A DNA stretch of 64,000 nucleotides from Balanoglossus misakiensis (taxonomy: Eukaryota; Animalia; Hemichordata), in assembly GCA_040954595.2 (NCBI GenBank), contig CM082577.2, forward strand, positions 14,081,903-14,145,902, written 5' to 3'. Under the pieces are notes generated by a model. It was given only the letters and a program-made list of their open reading frames with translations. It was not told the DNA's origin and did not search any database. Positions 11,863 through 25,719 of the stretch are shown here, in pieces. Both the position numbers and the translations under genes were made by a program. Every line of letters begins with the position of its first letter. Positions within the stretch are counted from its first letter, which is position 1.

Positions 11863-13484
11863 TTCTTCAGTTCACTGCACACAAAATGGTCCTGTAATAA
11901 AATTACACTCAAATATCTGGTATCTTTCCTCAGGAGGAAGACTATTATTGCGTCTCCCAAACAACGCCCACTCACTGTTTGTCGCAAATTTTTGCTATGG
12001 TTTAGGAGGAATTCCCCCTCCCGTCACTTACACCATAATTGGCTTCTATATTTCGTATTTCTTACTGGAAATTGCACACATGAGAATAAATGTTCTGGAT
12101 GTTTTATTGACATAAAACCTGCTCACAAGATAAATATTTGTATACTCCAATACTAACTCTAGAAGTAGAAACTTACCAGTATACAATATCAATGCAAAAT
12201 ATGAAACAGTACATGCATGGTATATTTGTCCTGATTAGGTCATCTAGTCTATGAAGGTACATTAATTACTTCCAATGAATTTGTTATCAATCAATTCCAA
12301 CATACAGAACCCTAAACCATATTGAATCCAAAAGAGCCATTCCTAAGATTGTCGCTAAACGACAACACCCTTTTGTTTTTTAACACTCACAGTTTTGCAT
12401 TTAGATCTTGGAAAACACTGTCACCTGACATGCAACTGCTGACATCACAAATTTGACTTGTGTCAATCCGGGACAGGGACACTGACTGACACAAACATTA
12501 ATTACACAAATAACATACAGATATGTGCCCATTACACAAACTGTACCAGCCAAATATCAATCTCAATGTGTTTTAATAGTGTTCATGGTCAAAGATTTTG
12601 GAATGATTCAACATTCAGTACACTGAAATACCAGCATCACAAAATTAGAATGATATCAATGTAGTTTCTATTTTGAACACCAATGTGGTTATTTTTGCTC
12701 CAATAAAGAATACATTTTGCCTGATCATAATTATTATTTTTTTACCCTGAGGGGCTGTGAGTACAAGACATAGCATGCATTTGTTGTAGGTCACAGATGT
12801 GTTGGCTAATAAATTGATGCTTCTAACCTGAATATAAAGTGAAACATGTCAATTAATGACACCTTCAGGACAAAATCTGTCCTTAATAGAGAGGTGTTGG
12901 TATTACACAGGTATCATTCTATTCAACTTTTGTCTTGAAATATCTGTCCTTAATTGAGATGTGTTCTGATTACAGAGGTGTCTGAAAGGACAGGTTTCAT
13001 GAAATGCATGATGTTCATGCTACAACAATTCCAAAGTGGAATTCAGAATTGTCAGAAAACAACCCCATCCCTAACCTAAACCCTTTTAGTCAGACTGAAA
13101 TGTGGGAAATGTCCAGTGGAAGTAACAAGCAGTACAGGGTAACACAATATCAAAGTCCAAGCAAACTGTCTGCCATAATTTGCTGCCTTGGCTAGTTACA
13201 TCTTACTGCTCTTTTGAAAGACACAAGAACAGCCCTTCAACTGAGTAGGGCAGATCAAAGACAAGGGTGCAACTCTTCAACTAAACATGTCGTGATTGTC
13301 AAAGACATTTCTCTTCTGCTCCTGCACCTGGTGTTTCCAAGCGCTGCTTGGCCAAACCGACACAAGAGAAGTTACATCCAGACCATCCCCGTGGAGTGAG
13401 AGTGGAAATCTCCTACAAATGAGAAAAGAAAAACATGCATATTTCATTCAGGAACTGACTAGCCTTCCATGTGGTGAAGATAAA

Positions 13485-13570
13485 CCCCTTTCACAGCCAT
13501 GGTTTTGTCCAAATCCATTGTTTTCTGTGATAAATTTGAACCTCAAAAGAGGGAATTAGGGGTGAAAGGG
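13485..13570. mobile_element. ~85-bp piggyBac-like MITE (other copies ~25778-25861 and ~54776-54861)
   Basis: ccctttcac...gtgaaaggg termini with TTAA-like flanks; three copies in the window. Confidence 0.55.
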
Positions 13571-14251
13571 TTAAAGATATGTCAAATTGTGCCTTTGACA
13601 GCATGCACTTTGGGTGTTTTGCTTAAGCACGCCTCATACAAAACAGGTGCATTCAGGGAATGAAGTTTTCTGTCAATTATCAAAGTCCTAACTCCAGCAA
13701 GTATCTGTTATTTATATGGTGCTTTTGCATATCTTACAAAAATCTAATTTGACCCAATTTTGCAAAAACAATGCACAATTTCTGGTTGAAATTAACAAAT
13801 CTTGTTATAACACATCCACCAAACCTTCCAACTAGCCATAACTTCTTTCTATGGGAATTGCACACTGATCTAACAGTACCGCTTACAAAATCACATAAAA
13901 AAGGATAACCTTGTTGAAAGTGAAAATCACAAGTTTCATTGCAACCTACCTCTGCTTCTTTCTGCAATGGCTGGGATTTCGGAAACCCTCCCTTTTTACA
14001 CAACCATGGGTCAACAGCCAGCAAGTTCACAATGTATATACACACAGCGCGAATCAAGTTCACCACAAATATCACCATGACCTTGGAAAGAAAATTAAAA
14101 TAATATCAGGGAACAAACCCTTAGTCGTTGCTCAAAGATTTGCTGCTGTGGGGCAGTGGGTACATGTATAATGAAGTCAGATTGGAATCTGTAATGTAAT
14201 TGCCTTCCTGTAAGTTTATTGTCCAGAATCCAGACTCCTGTGTTTTTTATG

Positions 14252-14548
14252 CTATGCTCCACACAGGGTCTAGCAATTTGGTTTCCATCTTTGAAACATT
14301 GCTTAATTTCCTATTTGCTTGTCAAAGGACTGCAGCCATGGCAACTGGGGTCACTGATATTGAGCAACACCCCTGCTCATTAATTTAGTCAGTCAGTAGT
14401 AGATAAGGTTGTTATTGACTTCTAAATGTAAGATGTCATGATCATGATCACATGGTAAGCATTGCCATGGTTAGAGTCCTTTAAATTGTAAATAGCAAAA
14501 TTTCAAAAATGGAAACCAAATTACTAGACCCTGCGTGGGGAGCATAGA
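14252..14548. mobile_element. MITE with ~50-bp inverted termini (partner copy ~24355-24645)
   Basis: ctatgctccacacagggtctagcaatttggtttccat ... atggaaaccaaattactagaccctgcgtggggagcatag. Confidence 0.6.
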
Positions 14549-15786
14549 GAAAAACATGGTAGGGGATATGGCCTGCCCGGGATGATTTTAAAGTTCTTTG
14601 CATCTTTTCTGCACATGGCAAATTGTTGTTGGAATCAATCTCAATCTCCCACATCTATGGCTTCAAAGAGCAACGCACCTTAATCTATTCAGTTGGATGA
14701 TATTTTACTGCAAATGGATAATGAACACATCGGAATTGCATGGACACAACCCGGAATTTGTTCTATTCTTTATGTACCAAATATTCTGTTTAAGAAAATG
14801 AATAACTCAAAATGCTCGGGAAACATCACGATTTTCAGCCTGCCCTCAGGCTGGTGGTCTCTGCTTGGGCATCATCAATTTTATGGTCAGAGATCACCAC
14901 CCCTTGTGTGCAGGCTAACAATCATGATATAGCCCTTGCAATAAAACATGTGTTATTATTTAACCATTTGCTGGCCATAGGCCTCAGCAAAAAAACTCAC
15001 CACCACTCTGCAAATACATTTCTTATGTAGATACTATGAGTCTGGTTGTTATCAGGATTTGATGGACACAAATAATTTCACCTTGTATCGTCGAACTGGG
15101 TCTGGTGGAAGAGAAAAAAAGCTGATTTTATTGACTTCCAAATGTCTCTACATTTTGATGTTTGTAGCAGTATACACTCATGTCTTCGCTGGTGATACAC
15201 TAACAATTACTTCACAATACAACCTGTGTTTAAATTCACATAAATCATGGGCTTACTAAGAGGGGGGGGGGGGGGGTCAGTCATTTTTTGTTATCCACAA
15301 TATACCTGTAACCAGTATAATTTACCAATCCCCCCAGGCTTAAGAAACTGACCAGTCCCTAATGAGGTAATGAGTGATCCGAACACAGAGACTTGAAACA
15401 CAAGGCGATCGCCTGGGCTACAGCTCCAAAGCGACTGACTGAGTGAAAGGTCAACAACATTGCAAACCGGAAGTATCGATATCCGTTTTGCTTTGTAAAC
15501 GCGTTTTTGGAATCATACGCGGAGGCAGAGCAAACAAATCTCACCTGAACGCAGACTGATGCCGCCACTCTCACGAACAGCTACAGAACATAAGGTTTCA
15601 CGACAGTGAGTAAACCATGGTTAGGTCAGACCACGGTTACTAGAAGAGAGTGGTCAGACCAATAATAAGCGACAGTCACCATTTTCCCATTCCCGTGATT
15701 CGATTCGGTTGCATGAGGGCGCACTGTGCGCCAAGCACAGGAAGAACACAACGTCAAACAAAACGTGCTTCTTTTGTTTTTATGCG

Positions 15787-16687
15787 TGTTACGTTGTCCA
15801 TGTGTCCAATGGTTCATCGACCAGGTGAACCTCACTTTTATTCCTTTGTATTAGCACACCGCGTGACCAGGTGTTAATGAATTATGTATTTTAGTCGTAT
15901 AAAAGACGTCAGTACAGTGCCACGTTGACTCGGTGCTATTTGTACAAGGTTTCTATGCCACGTTGTCTCCACATTGATAAGTTGACATCCGACCTCGTGC
16001 TTATTACCTACATGTGGTCCCGTCACCGTCATCAAGGATTCTTGTTGTATCCCGATGGATGCTATATTCCAGTGATCTTTCAAGAAAGTAGTGTTCTTGG
16101 AGCATTGAAGTTCTGTGAGTACACCGCATGTGAACCGACCTGGATCTGGTCTTTGCAGCTTCATATGCAGGGTTTTCTTTGTGGACTATTCTAGACTTTT
16201 GAGAACTTGAATGTCTGTATTGTTCACCCTCCGATTACGCCACCCTGTGTGAACCCGCGTCCTCGAACTGGAAATTTATGGAGGTTTCCTTCTGCTCTAA
16301 TTCGTCAGGACAATATTGTGAGGTAATACGTGACTGTGCCTGACAAATTTTAACGCTAGAATTATTACAAGCAAATCCCAGTACCGCTATTGTCAGTCTA
16401 TTATCTTTTGGTGGAATGTTGTATTTTCTGTTAGTCGTTTGATTGGTCACCGTTAGACAGAATAATTTGTCAATGGTTGTACTTATTCATTTTATATTTT
16501 TCGAGTTAATTAAATAAGATTGTTTAATGAATAATGTGCGTGTATGTGATATTTGTTTGACCATTATTCTGTCAAAATAGTTTCTTAACAAGCTTAGCGT
16601 GTGAAGTTAACGTGTAGCGTGAGTGAACGCGTACCAAGTCCTGGGATCGCATAACCGAAACCATCAGCTCAGGCCGAATTCGTAACT
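15787..16687 (+). mobile_element. Possible solo LTR
   Basis: Starts TGTTACG and ends ..gaattCGTAACt; TATAAAA near 15898. No matching target-site duplication (TSD) found. Confidence 0.35.
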
Positions 16688-18654
16688 CAACTCAGTACTG
16701 AAACTCTCGCTCTGAGCTAGCTGTAGTACGCAGCTGTACCGTTGAGGGGGGGGGGGGGGTGCGCGTCATTTCTGAAACTCGGATTATTTCGTCCCCATTG
16801 CATTCTTATAATCGGGCTGTACTTTTCTTCACGGCCTGATTATTGGCGATGATTACGTATAATCATGTGGAGATCGGAAACTTTTTTGTAATGTTTATTT
16901 AAATTTACGACTCGCTCCTACATTACCAGGGCTCCCTTTCGGTTTCCGATGATCATTCAATTGTGGGGTGGACAGATTGTCAATACCGTACAAAATCGCC
17001 CCTTTATGAGTTTCGCTGAATAGATCGTTCAGGATTGAACTTTGGAAAAAAAATTAGCAAAGTCTAGCAAGCGACGTGTGTTTTCGGAGTTACACGGCCT
17101 CCACAATGTAGTACGCAGGTCTACAGCGAAGTCCTGCTCTTCAAAATCGGATCGATATTTCAGCAGATCTAGGCTTATGTAAACAAGAAAACGTGTTCCA
17201 CTTGGAGACTGATTCTATGGCCGAATATACGATCGGGTAAATTCGGCAACAAATCCGACAACCCGGCGATAACTGTCGGCTAGCTTCCACAAAGTCACGT
17301 GCTTGTCCGAGTGGAAGGACCATCACCATTTTACTAATGGGTGGGTCAGGTATGAAGTCAAAACGAGAACGAATTTCACCTTTACACATTCTAAAACAGT
17401 TCTGTGAAACATCGTAAACTGTCATATTTAGATAATATTCCATGGTTTTCATTTCACCGTCAAGTAATTACTCTATACGGATGTCCCAACATGGTTATTT
17501 TTGAAAGTTTGGGCATAGTCACAGTATCCAACAAAATGGGCTTGTTTCTAAGCGAAGAGCGAACACTCGAAGCTTTGTCCGATGACTGACTTTATTCCAC
17601 AACTGCACTTTGTTTGAGTGGACGCTCGTTTTGTCGTGGAAAACCACTGCTCGATGATGTGTTTTATCAGAAATAAAATGTCACTTGTCGCATAATAGGG
17701 GCCTGGGTATTTTCCAACTCCAACTGACTGTATGGAAACAGTTCCAGAAAGGTTTTATCAACATTCATTGTAACCACCTGTGCATGTAATCGACGGTCCT
17801 TGGACGTGTACTGTATCTTTCCTTGGAGTGTTCTGTGTAAGTAAAATTAATGCATGGTAACGGAAAAAATGACACGCACAATTTGCCGAGTTTTATTCAT
17901 CAGGCTACAAAGTTTGAGTTTTTAATTTCTTCAAGTTTCTCCATCGTATAATGTCTTCATAAGCATCAACAATGTTGCAAATCTTGTTACATGCCCATTG
18001 TATCAGCCACGGGTCGCGCCGCGCAGTTGAGAGCTCAAGCGCTCTCAACTACGGCGCGACCTGTGGAATCAGCCTGATAAAATCAGGTGTCTCATTTAAT
18101 TTAGACGCGCGTTGCCACTGCAGTGAATTTTCAGTGTTATTCAAATCTTGCCGAACTGATAATTCTTTCTTTTGTTATTATAATCCCAACCAAGACGTGT
18201 TGCGTTGAACTGAATATTTTGTCTAATTAAAGCCTAGAGTGCATGCGCAGTGGGTTTATTCTGGAATTTTCTGGATGCTAATTATCATACTCGCATGCGC
18301 AGACGCCACTCTGTCCGTTAGTGGCATTTGAATTCGAAGACGGCATCTTTTCTTTGTCTTTCAGTTTGGAAACATGGACGGCGGCTGATCTCTGGTAAAA
18401 CTGCGCGGTGGAAATGGTTATGGAGTGGTCGGCATTGGTCCCGGAGTGTAACGCTGCGAATATGGTGACATTGTTCTGTGTTTTGTTGATTGTCTGCACT
18501 GTGCTGTATCGTCTTGTCACTGTTTTTCTTTGCAACCGGCGCGCCATGTAAACATTGTGCACAAACAAACAGGGGTACTTTGAGAAATACAAATGTCTGC
18601 ATGGGTATAATATTTTGGTTTCAAAGGTGTGATGAGTAATGTACTGTAAAATCG

Positions 18655-19060
18655 AGGGTTATGCCACGTGGTAAAGTGTTAACAAAGGGTATAAAAATGA
18701 CAAGTGTGTGGTTAAATGGTTTTATGGTATAATGAAACAAATGTGTACTTAAAGGTAATAATACCACGTGGTTACATATAATTCTGTACAGAGGGTTAAT
18801 ATGATAATGACTATAGTGATAAAAAGGTGTAACGGCCGGATTATGCCGTGGCAAAGTGTTAACAAAGGGTATATAAATATGACTGGTGTGTGGTTTTATG
18901 GTCTAATGAAAACAATGAATAAAGGGAAATTAATTAAATTATGCCACATGGTTACATTAATTCTGTACAGAGCGTTAATAATATTATGAGTTGGTGTGTT
19001 ATGGGTTTAAAGTGTAGTGACAAAAAGGTGTAACCGGTAATGCCACATGGTCAAATTAAA
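18655..19060. repeat. Degenerate ~180-bp tandem repeat
   Basis: g(g/a)ttatgcc(ac)gtgg(t/c)aaagtgttaacaaagggtata.. recurs at ~18658 and ~18839; ccac(g/a)tggttacat..aattctgtacagag recurs at ~18764 and ~18944. Confidence 0.7.
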
Positions 19061-19237
19061 TGTGTTCAGGTTGTAAAGGGTAATGCAGACAGGGGTGTGT
19101 AATATAGTTGTAATACAATTGTGTAATGATTATATAAATGTATGTTTAACATGTTCTTTTTTCTTTTATAGAAATTATTTTCGCCATGCGCTCATCTGAT
19201 TCATCCGTGGATGTTCTCGCAACTTTCTCCGCGATCG

Positions 19238-19522
19238 TGTTCTTCGATGCCATTCGTTTGTCCGCATTTCTTCGTCGCTTGTCGCCATTTGCTCGTCGCC
19301 TACGTTTTCTTCACCGCCATTCGCTCGTCGCCAACGTGTCCTTCGATGCCATTCGCTCGTCCGCATTTCTTCGTCGCTTGTCGCCATTCGCTCGTCGCCA
19401 ATGTGTCCTTCGATGCCATTCGTTCGTCCGCATTTCTTCGTCGCTTGTCGCCATTCGCTCGTCGCCAACGTTTTCTTCATCGCCATTCGCTCGTCCGCAT
19501 TTCTTCGTCGCTCGTCGCCATA
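19238..19522. repeat. CpG-rich minisatellite (~67-bp unit built from cgccattcgctcgtc)
   Basis: cttcgatgccattcg(c/t)tcgtccgcatttcttcgtcgcttgtcgccattcgctcgtcgccaa at 19341 and 19408, plus variants. Confidence 0.9.
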
Positions 19523-21499
19523 CACTCGCGTGCGTGTTTCCTCGCCCCTCGTCACAATTCACTCGTTTATCGCAATTCATAAAAAAATGAAAAACCAGCA
19601 AGACGATTCGGGTTAGTTTGAGCCCCAACCTTAAAAATTTGCATCAAACTATGGGGGAGAGGGCAGTTTTTCCTCTTTTATAATTGGCTCGAGGTTTTTA
19701 ACTGTCCCTCAGGCGCGTAATAAAGTTTAGGTTATCACACAGAATGTAATTATCTTGCAACAAAAAAAGAACAAAAATTATATGGGGGAGAGATGGGACC
19801 AAGAAGCTTTTGGTTTTTACTCATTAGGCACTTAATTAATTTAAAAATATTAATAATAAACTCCAGGGTAAAGCCGAAAGCTATTGCGTGCACCATCAAC
19901 AAACTATTTTGGCACTTTATATCAGTATGATGAGCAGATTTTTTTTCTGTTCATCATTTCAATTTGAATACTATGACACGTTTCAAATGGGTATGCAAGA
20001 TTTATTACATCAGCAGTTAGCCACCTAGCCACACTTAGCTACACTATATAATGAACAAATAATGATATTAATTTACCCGCAAGAGGTGTTCTTGGAGGAT
20101 GTTTCTACATGGACAGTTCGACTCTGTCGATGCCTATGGTTGTAACATTAATCTTCATTATAGTTCATATATAGTGAATAAATTTATTCCAAATTCATTT
20201 GTTCTTACTTTGTTCAAAATTTTAAAAGCATCGTTTCCGTTATACTCAATGTTACCCTACTCGTCTTGCCCACTTTTCACATGATTCCAGTTCTTAACTC
20301 CGCGAAAGATAACCTCGGGGAAATTGCTGTCCACAAGCTGTGCTTTCAACTCAGGACAGAAAATTTACTTGTATTTTATGCGATTCAAAGCAAGGCATAT
20401 TGCACAATTCACATAGAAAGTTTACTGTTGTGATTTTACCTCTTCAGGTCGACTAATAAAGATAGGCTGAAATCTTTGTTATGTGATGCAATGGGGCAAA
20501 ACACTTGGAGGGGGGGGGGGGTTCACACCATACTCATACTCGCTGTGTAGCACCAATGTTGGGTCTGGGTCGGTGTAGAAAAACCAATGTGGACACACTA
20601 AGTGGGCACAGGGCTGACTTAGTTTGGGCGCATTCTATGTGAGTAAATATCCCATTTGTTTTTGTTTGTGTCGGCCACTTACCTGGAAACCACCTCATTT
20701 GATTTCTTGTTAATTGCATTTTTGATCAGCAGATGCTAAAAAACTTACATGCCTACCAGCAACCATTGTCAAACACGAAAATAATCAAATTCATTATGTT
20801 ATTTGTGTAGAGGCCATAAATTGTCACTGTGTGGCACTATAGCAATTGCCACTGAAGAGCCACATCCCTGTATTTTGTCTGCTTTGCTTTCAAAACTACG
20901 TCAAGCTTCATGCATGCCATTGGCCCAATTTCCAATGATTGGACAAAGGTTATACATATATGTGTGAAGGATGGGTAACATTTTTATTTTAAACTTAGCT
21001 TTCCGTTACACCAAATCACCATTGTTCACTTTATGTAAGTAACTTCATTCAAGGGGACGCTAGTTACAACACAAAACCCCCTAGCTAGATTATAATTATC
21101 CACACCCTACAATCTCTGTATTGGAGAAAAACTGTGTACACGCGTACGTGTCATATGCGATACCATCACTCTAAAATTTCCAAGAGATTTCGTCAGTAAA
21201 GCTGGCCCAGAATTCATATGCTGAGTCATTAATGTTCCTAGAACAAGATGGACAAAGCGTCGATGTGAGATGTTTTGAGATGACCTTTTGATTTTGAGCT
21301 AATCAGGAACTTTTAATTTGATCCAGGTTGAGTTCATGACTTTCCGGATTCACCCGAAGTTACTCCAAAACGGTTCGGACGTAAACACGAATAATATCCA
21401 AAATGGCTGCCTCCAGGGGGATCGTGTTCGAGTGAGATTTGATGAACTATTGCCGATGATTGATGCTCGTCGTCGATAAGAGTTGAAGCCCAGTAGTAG

Positions 21500-22260
21500 T
21501 ATACAGATCGGACTTATTGTTTGTTGTGTTCCAGTAGTTTCAGAAGAATAGAATAGTATTTGGCTAGTATTTGTGTTCAGCCAGCGACCTGCTGATCTGT
21601 TGCTATGAACATTGTCAGCATGTCATGTATATCAGGTTGTTAGTACAGGCTGTACAGTACTGTCTGCATAGCTGCAGTTCAGTAGCTGAAGCTTTGCCTT
21701 GGATTACTGCGAGTCTACGACGGTCTGCTGCCTTTCTGAGGGACTCGAGGATTATTGATTTCCTGAATTCTGACTTTTGGAAATTTCGTCGACCATCGTT
21801 GGATTTTGCCAACTAAAGACAGTCATCAATGGAACTATTTATATGCACATCAGTGAACTGATTCATACAGCTGGGTACATTGATATACAGGCAACAGATA
21901 CATTTTTCATTCTGTTTTATGCCCAGGGTGTAATTTCTAGTGGCATAGTGTATAATCTTTCATGTGGTGAATTATACATTTGAGAGTAGGTAGTTTTTAG
22001 ATGGTGAATGTAGTTGATTTTTCATGTGTGAACCCACTTGGGAGAAAGTTTGATTTCCTAATTTGTAAAATAATTCAAAGTACAGTAGGATGTTGATTAT
22101 CCGAATTGTTCTGTTATCTGCATTTGCTCCGTGTCCCCCCAAAATCCCAATGATGTCCATTCGTTTTTATTGTGCAGCACTGTGGTGATAATTGTTATCC
22201 TTTTTGAAGTTTGTACATACTTGTGAAGTTATTTGATGATAGATGAGTTCATTACAAGAG
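21500..22260 (-). mobile_element. Decayed L1/Tx1-like LINE 3' fragment (zf-RVT-like region)
   Basis: Minus strand reads *KIIHYATRNYTLGIKQNEKCICC.. then LAKS..RRNFQKSEF, resembling the WKI.H...C..C zinc motif and downstream helix of L1/Tx1 ORF2. Multiple stops. Confidence 0.35.
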
Positions 22261-23916
22261 TGTTGAAGCAGAGGTCGCGTTTACACAAAAAAGATGTGTG
22301 CATAAATACTCACTTTCATTTGAGTCAGTATTGATGCACAGGTAACAGCCAATCTAGCCCAATGATCAAAGTAAACCGTACCGGCTGAGTATGTCTTAAT
22401 TGGAGGTAACAATCAAGCTAGCAGAGAGCGTGACAGATTTGTGGATCAGTTTGCAGTTTTCAGGCAAGATGACATTTAATTGTTTTATGTCTCACTGTAC
22501 TTTGACATCATATATCTTAATAGATTAAAATTCACAAGTCTCAAAAATAATTATGAAATTTCATTCAAATGTTGTTATCCAATTGCGTATGTTATTTGCC
22601 GCCACACTTGATATTTTTCTGTTGTAACTCTAAACTTTGACCTCTGCCGTGCCATAGCAACCAGTTTGTTTTCGCTTTTGTTGTCATCTAGGGGCACCAA
22701 ATTGTAAATTTGCTGAAGCCATACGACTACCATCTCAGCATTTTGCGCAGTCACTGCTGAATTAGTGCTGGTAAACTAGTCCGAACAAAGTACATGTATA
22801 GCTGTTGTCAGTTTTCCAAACCATCTAGTGATTTTGAAAATCTAGCAATCGAGAAAGATGAAAACATGTGCATCCGTCTAATTTCTGCAAAACTGTAAAT
22901 TGACACTTGATAGAGATGACAAAGTGGCAGCAAATGACACAAGGTACTGTGTGAAAGAGGTGAGTGTGGAATGGAAAAGGCATGGTAGAACTTAATTTTT
23001 GTCGAACGTGTGAATATTTTAGCAAGAGGGGGAATAATGTTAGCCTTGCAAAGTACAGGAGGATAGACACCAGCACCAGAGATGACATCACCCAATTCCA
23101 AAACAAGGTGACCCCCTCCCCTATATTCCACCCCTCTCCCCAGGCTAAAGAAACCGACCAGTCCCCTTAATAGGCTCATGATTTATGTGTAGTTCAACAC
23201 AGGTTGTATTGTGGAGTAATTGTAACTGTGTCACCAGCAAAGATATCAGTGTGTACTGCCACAAACATCAAAATGTAGTGACATTTGGAAGTCAATAAAA
23301 TCAGCATTTGTTTTCTTCCACCAGACCCAGTTCGACGATACAAGGTGAAATTGATTGTGTCCATCAAATCCTGATAACAACCAGACTCATAGTATCTACA
23401 TAAGAAATGTATTTGCAGGACAATGGTGAGTTTTTTGCTGAGGCCATGGCCAGCAAATAGTTAAATAATAACATGTTTTATTGCAAGGGCAATATCACGA
23501 TTTTTAGCCTGCACGCAAGGGGTGGTGATCTCTGACCATAATATTGATGATGCCCAAGCAGAGAGCGCCAGCCTGAGGGCAGGCTGAAAATCGTGATGTT
23601 TCCCAACCATTTTGAGTTCTTCATTTTCTTACACAGAATATTTGGTACATAAGCATAGAACATATTTCGGGTTGTGTGTCCAGGGTCATTGCATGCAATT
23701 AAGGTCTTGATCTTTGGAGAACTGTAGCTGTTGGTCAAAATTCTAATGTGTTTACTATCTATTTGCAGTAAAATAGCATCCAACTGAATAGGTTAAGGTG
23801 TGTTCCTCTTTGAAGCCATAGATGCGGGAGATTAAGATCGATTTGAACAACAATTTGTCATGTGCAGAAAAGATGCACAGAACTTAAAAATCATCCCCAG
23901 CAGGCCATTTCCCCTA

Positions 23917-24343
23917 TTATAATATACCTCATGCTAATACTGTGCCGTGATTTGCCAGAATCCGTCACGTGATAGGAAAATAGAATCGACTATGAACCGC
24001 TAGGGAAATAGCAGAAAAAATATAAACCGGTCACGTGACCCGCGTGAGTGCGCAGACTCGGTCACGTCAATCAACGTTGCGTCGTCTGACACAATGGCCA
24101 CTGCTGAAGATGTCGTCTGCCAAACTCAAGAGAAAATTGCAAGATTTTCCCAGCTGTTAGCATGAGGTTTATTATAAAACACCTATAGCCTGGCCTATAT
24201 TCGGGCCATAGCAGCCGTTTTTACCCCCTCGTGGCTGTGAGTTACCAGCGGCCTCGGGAAATAGCATATGATTCTGGTAACTCACTGCGCCTCGGGTGTA
24301 ATAAACGGCCGCTATGGCCCTCATGGCCAGGCAATAGGTGTTC
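23917..24343. mobile_element. Non-autonomous insertion with long terminal hairpin
   Basis: Absent from the left arm (empty site near 14560). Inverted repeat aacacctatagcctggcc..gggccatagcagccgttt..gtgagttaccag / ctggtaactcac..aaacggccgctatggccc..ggccaggcaataggtgtt at ~24177-24342. Confidence 0.65.
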
Positions 24344-25357
24344 ACTATGTTTTTCTTTATGACAGGGTCTAGTAAGTTGGTTTCCATTTTTTGAAATTTT
24401 GCTATTTGTAAGTTGAAAGAGTCTTACTATGGCAGTGCAGGTCAGTGCTTACCATGTGATCATGATCATGACATATTACATGTAGAAGTCTACTATCTAC
24501 TACTGATTGACTGAATTAATGAGCAGGGGTGTTGCTCAATATCAGTGACCTAAGTTGCCATGGCTGCAGTCCTTTGACAAGCAAATAGGAAATTAAGCAA
24601 CGTTTCAAAGATGGAGACCAAATTGCTAGACCGTGTGGAGCATAGCATACAAAACACAGGAGTCTGGATTCTAGACAATAAACTTACAGGAAGGCAATTA
24701 CAGTACAGATTCCAATCTCCCTTCATTGTACATGTATCCACTGCCCCACGACAGTAAATGTTTGAACAACCACTAAGGGTTTGTTCCCTGATTTTATTTA
24801 AATTTTCTTTCCAAGGTCATGGTGATATTTGTGGTGAACTTGATTCGCGCTGTGTGTATACATGGTGGACTTGCTGGCTGTTGACCCATGGTTGTGTAAA
24901 AAGAGAGGCTTTCCGAAATCCCAGTCATTGCAGGAAGAAGCAGAAGTAGGTTGCAATGAACTTGTGTTGTTCATTTTCAACAAGGTACATTCTTTTATGT
25001 GATCTTGTAAGTGTTGCTGTTAGATTTGTATGCAATTCCCAAAGAAAGAAGTTATAGCATCATAAAGGCTAATTGGAAGGTTGGAGGAAAAATTGCAGAC
25101 ACACTTTTGAGGGATGTTATATACCAAGATATGTTATTTCAACCAGAAATCGTGCATTGTTTTTGCAAAATGGGGTCAAATTAGATTTTTGTAAGATCCG
25201 CAAAAGCGCCATATAAAAAACAGTTGTGTGCTGTATACAATCAGCATCCAGTATATCTGGGCTTTAAGAAAATAATACTTGTTGTTATTTAGAGCTTTGT
25301 TAATTGAAAAAAAACTACATTCCCTGAATGCACCTGTTTTGTATGTGGCATGCTTAA

Positions 25358-25719
25358 GGATGTACGCGCAGAACATAAACCGGAAAACTACGCGCATCCG
25401 TCTTTTCCCCATAGGATTACATTGATAATCGCTGGAAAACAAACATCTACTATTGTCATTTTCACACAAAGCTCAGTCCAGTAAATATAAATTCATTGGT
25501 CAAATAAAGTATAGGGGTCACCGCGCTCTATTTTGAGATAAATTATGTTGAAAAATGCTGAGTCTTCTATTATCGACTAAATTCATGGCTCTGTATTTCA
25601 AAAACAAGCGCGGTGACCCCTATATTTTATTATGGATTTTCATTATACATACAAAGGAGAATCCAAAAATCCACAATTAAAAAAATGACAATACTTTCAA
25701 TTTTACTGAATGTACATCC
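25358..25719. mobile_element. Kolobok-type MITE (TTAA TSD, GG..CC termini)
   Basis: ttaa|ggatgtac ... gtacatcc|ttaa. The left arm has the empty gcttaagc site at ~13621. Internal palindrome ataggggtcaccgcgct / agcgcggtgacccctat. Confidence 0.8.

Larger units (their letters stand above)
12108..15262 (-). repeat. Left arm of large inverted duplication
   Basis: Reverse complement aligns collinearly to 23165-28480; compare ORF peptides 13296+/25866-, 13911+/24798-, 14200+/24550-, 14693+/23478-. Roughly 80-90% identical by eye. Confidence 0.9.

Noticed and set aside
19175-19628. Overlapping Arg-rich ORFs on both strands
   Set aside because: By-products of a stop-poor minisatellite whose unit length is not a multiple of three.
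6163-20521. Recurrent poly-G tracts (6163, 7248, 15262, 16746, 20512) as a G-quadruplex system
   Set aside because: Several sit at MITE ends or in simple repeats, with no consistent spacing or context.
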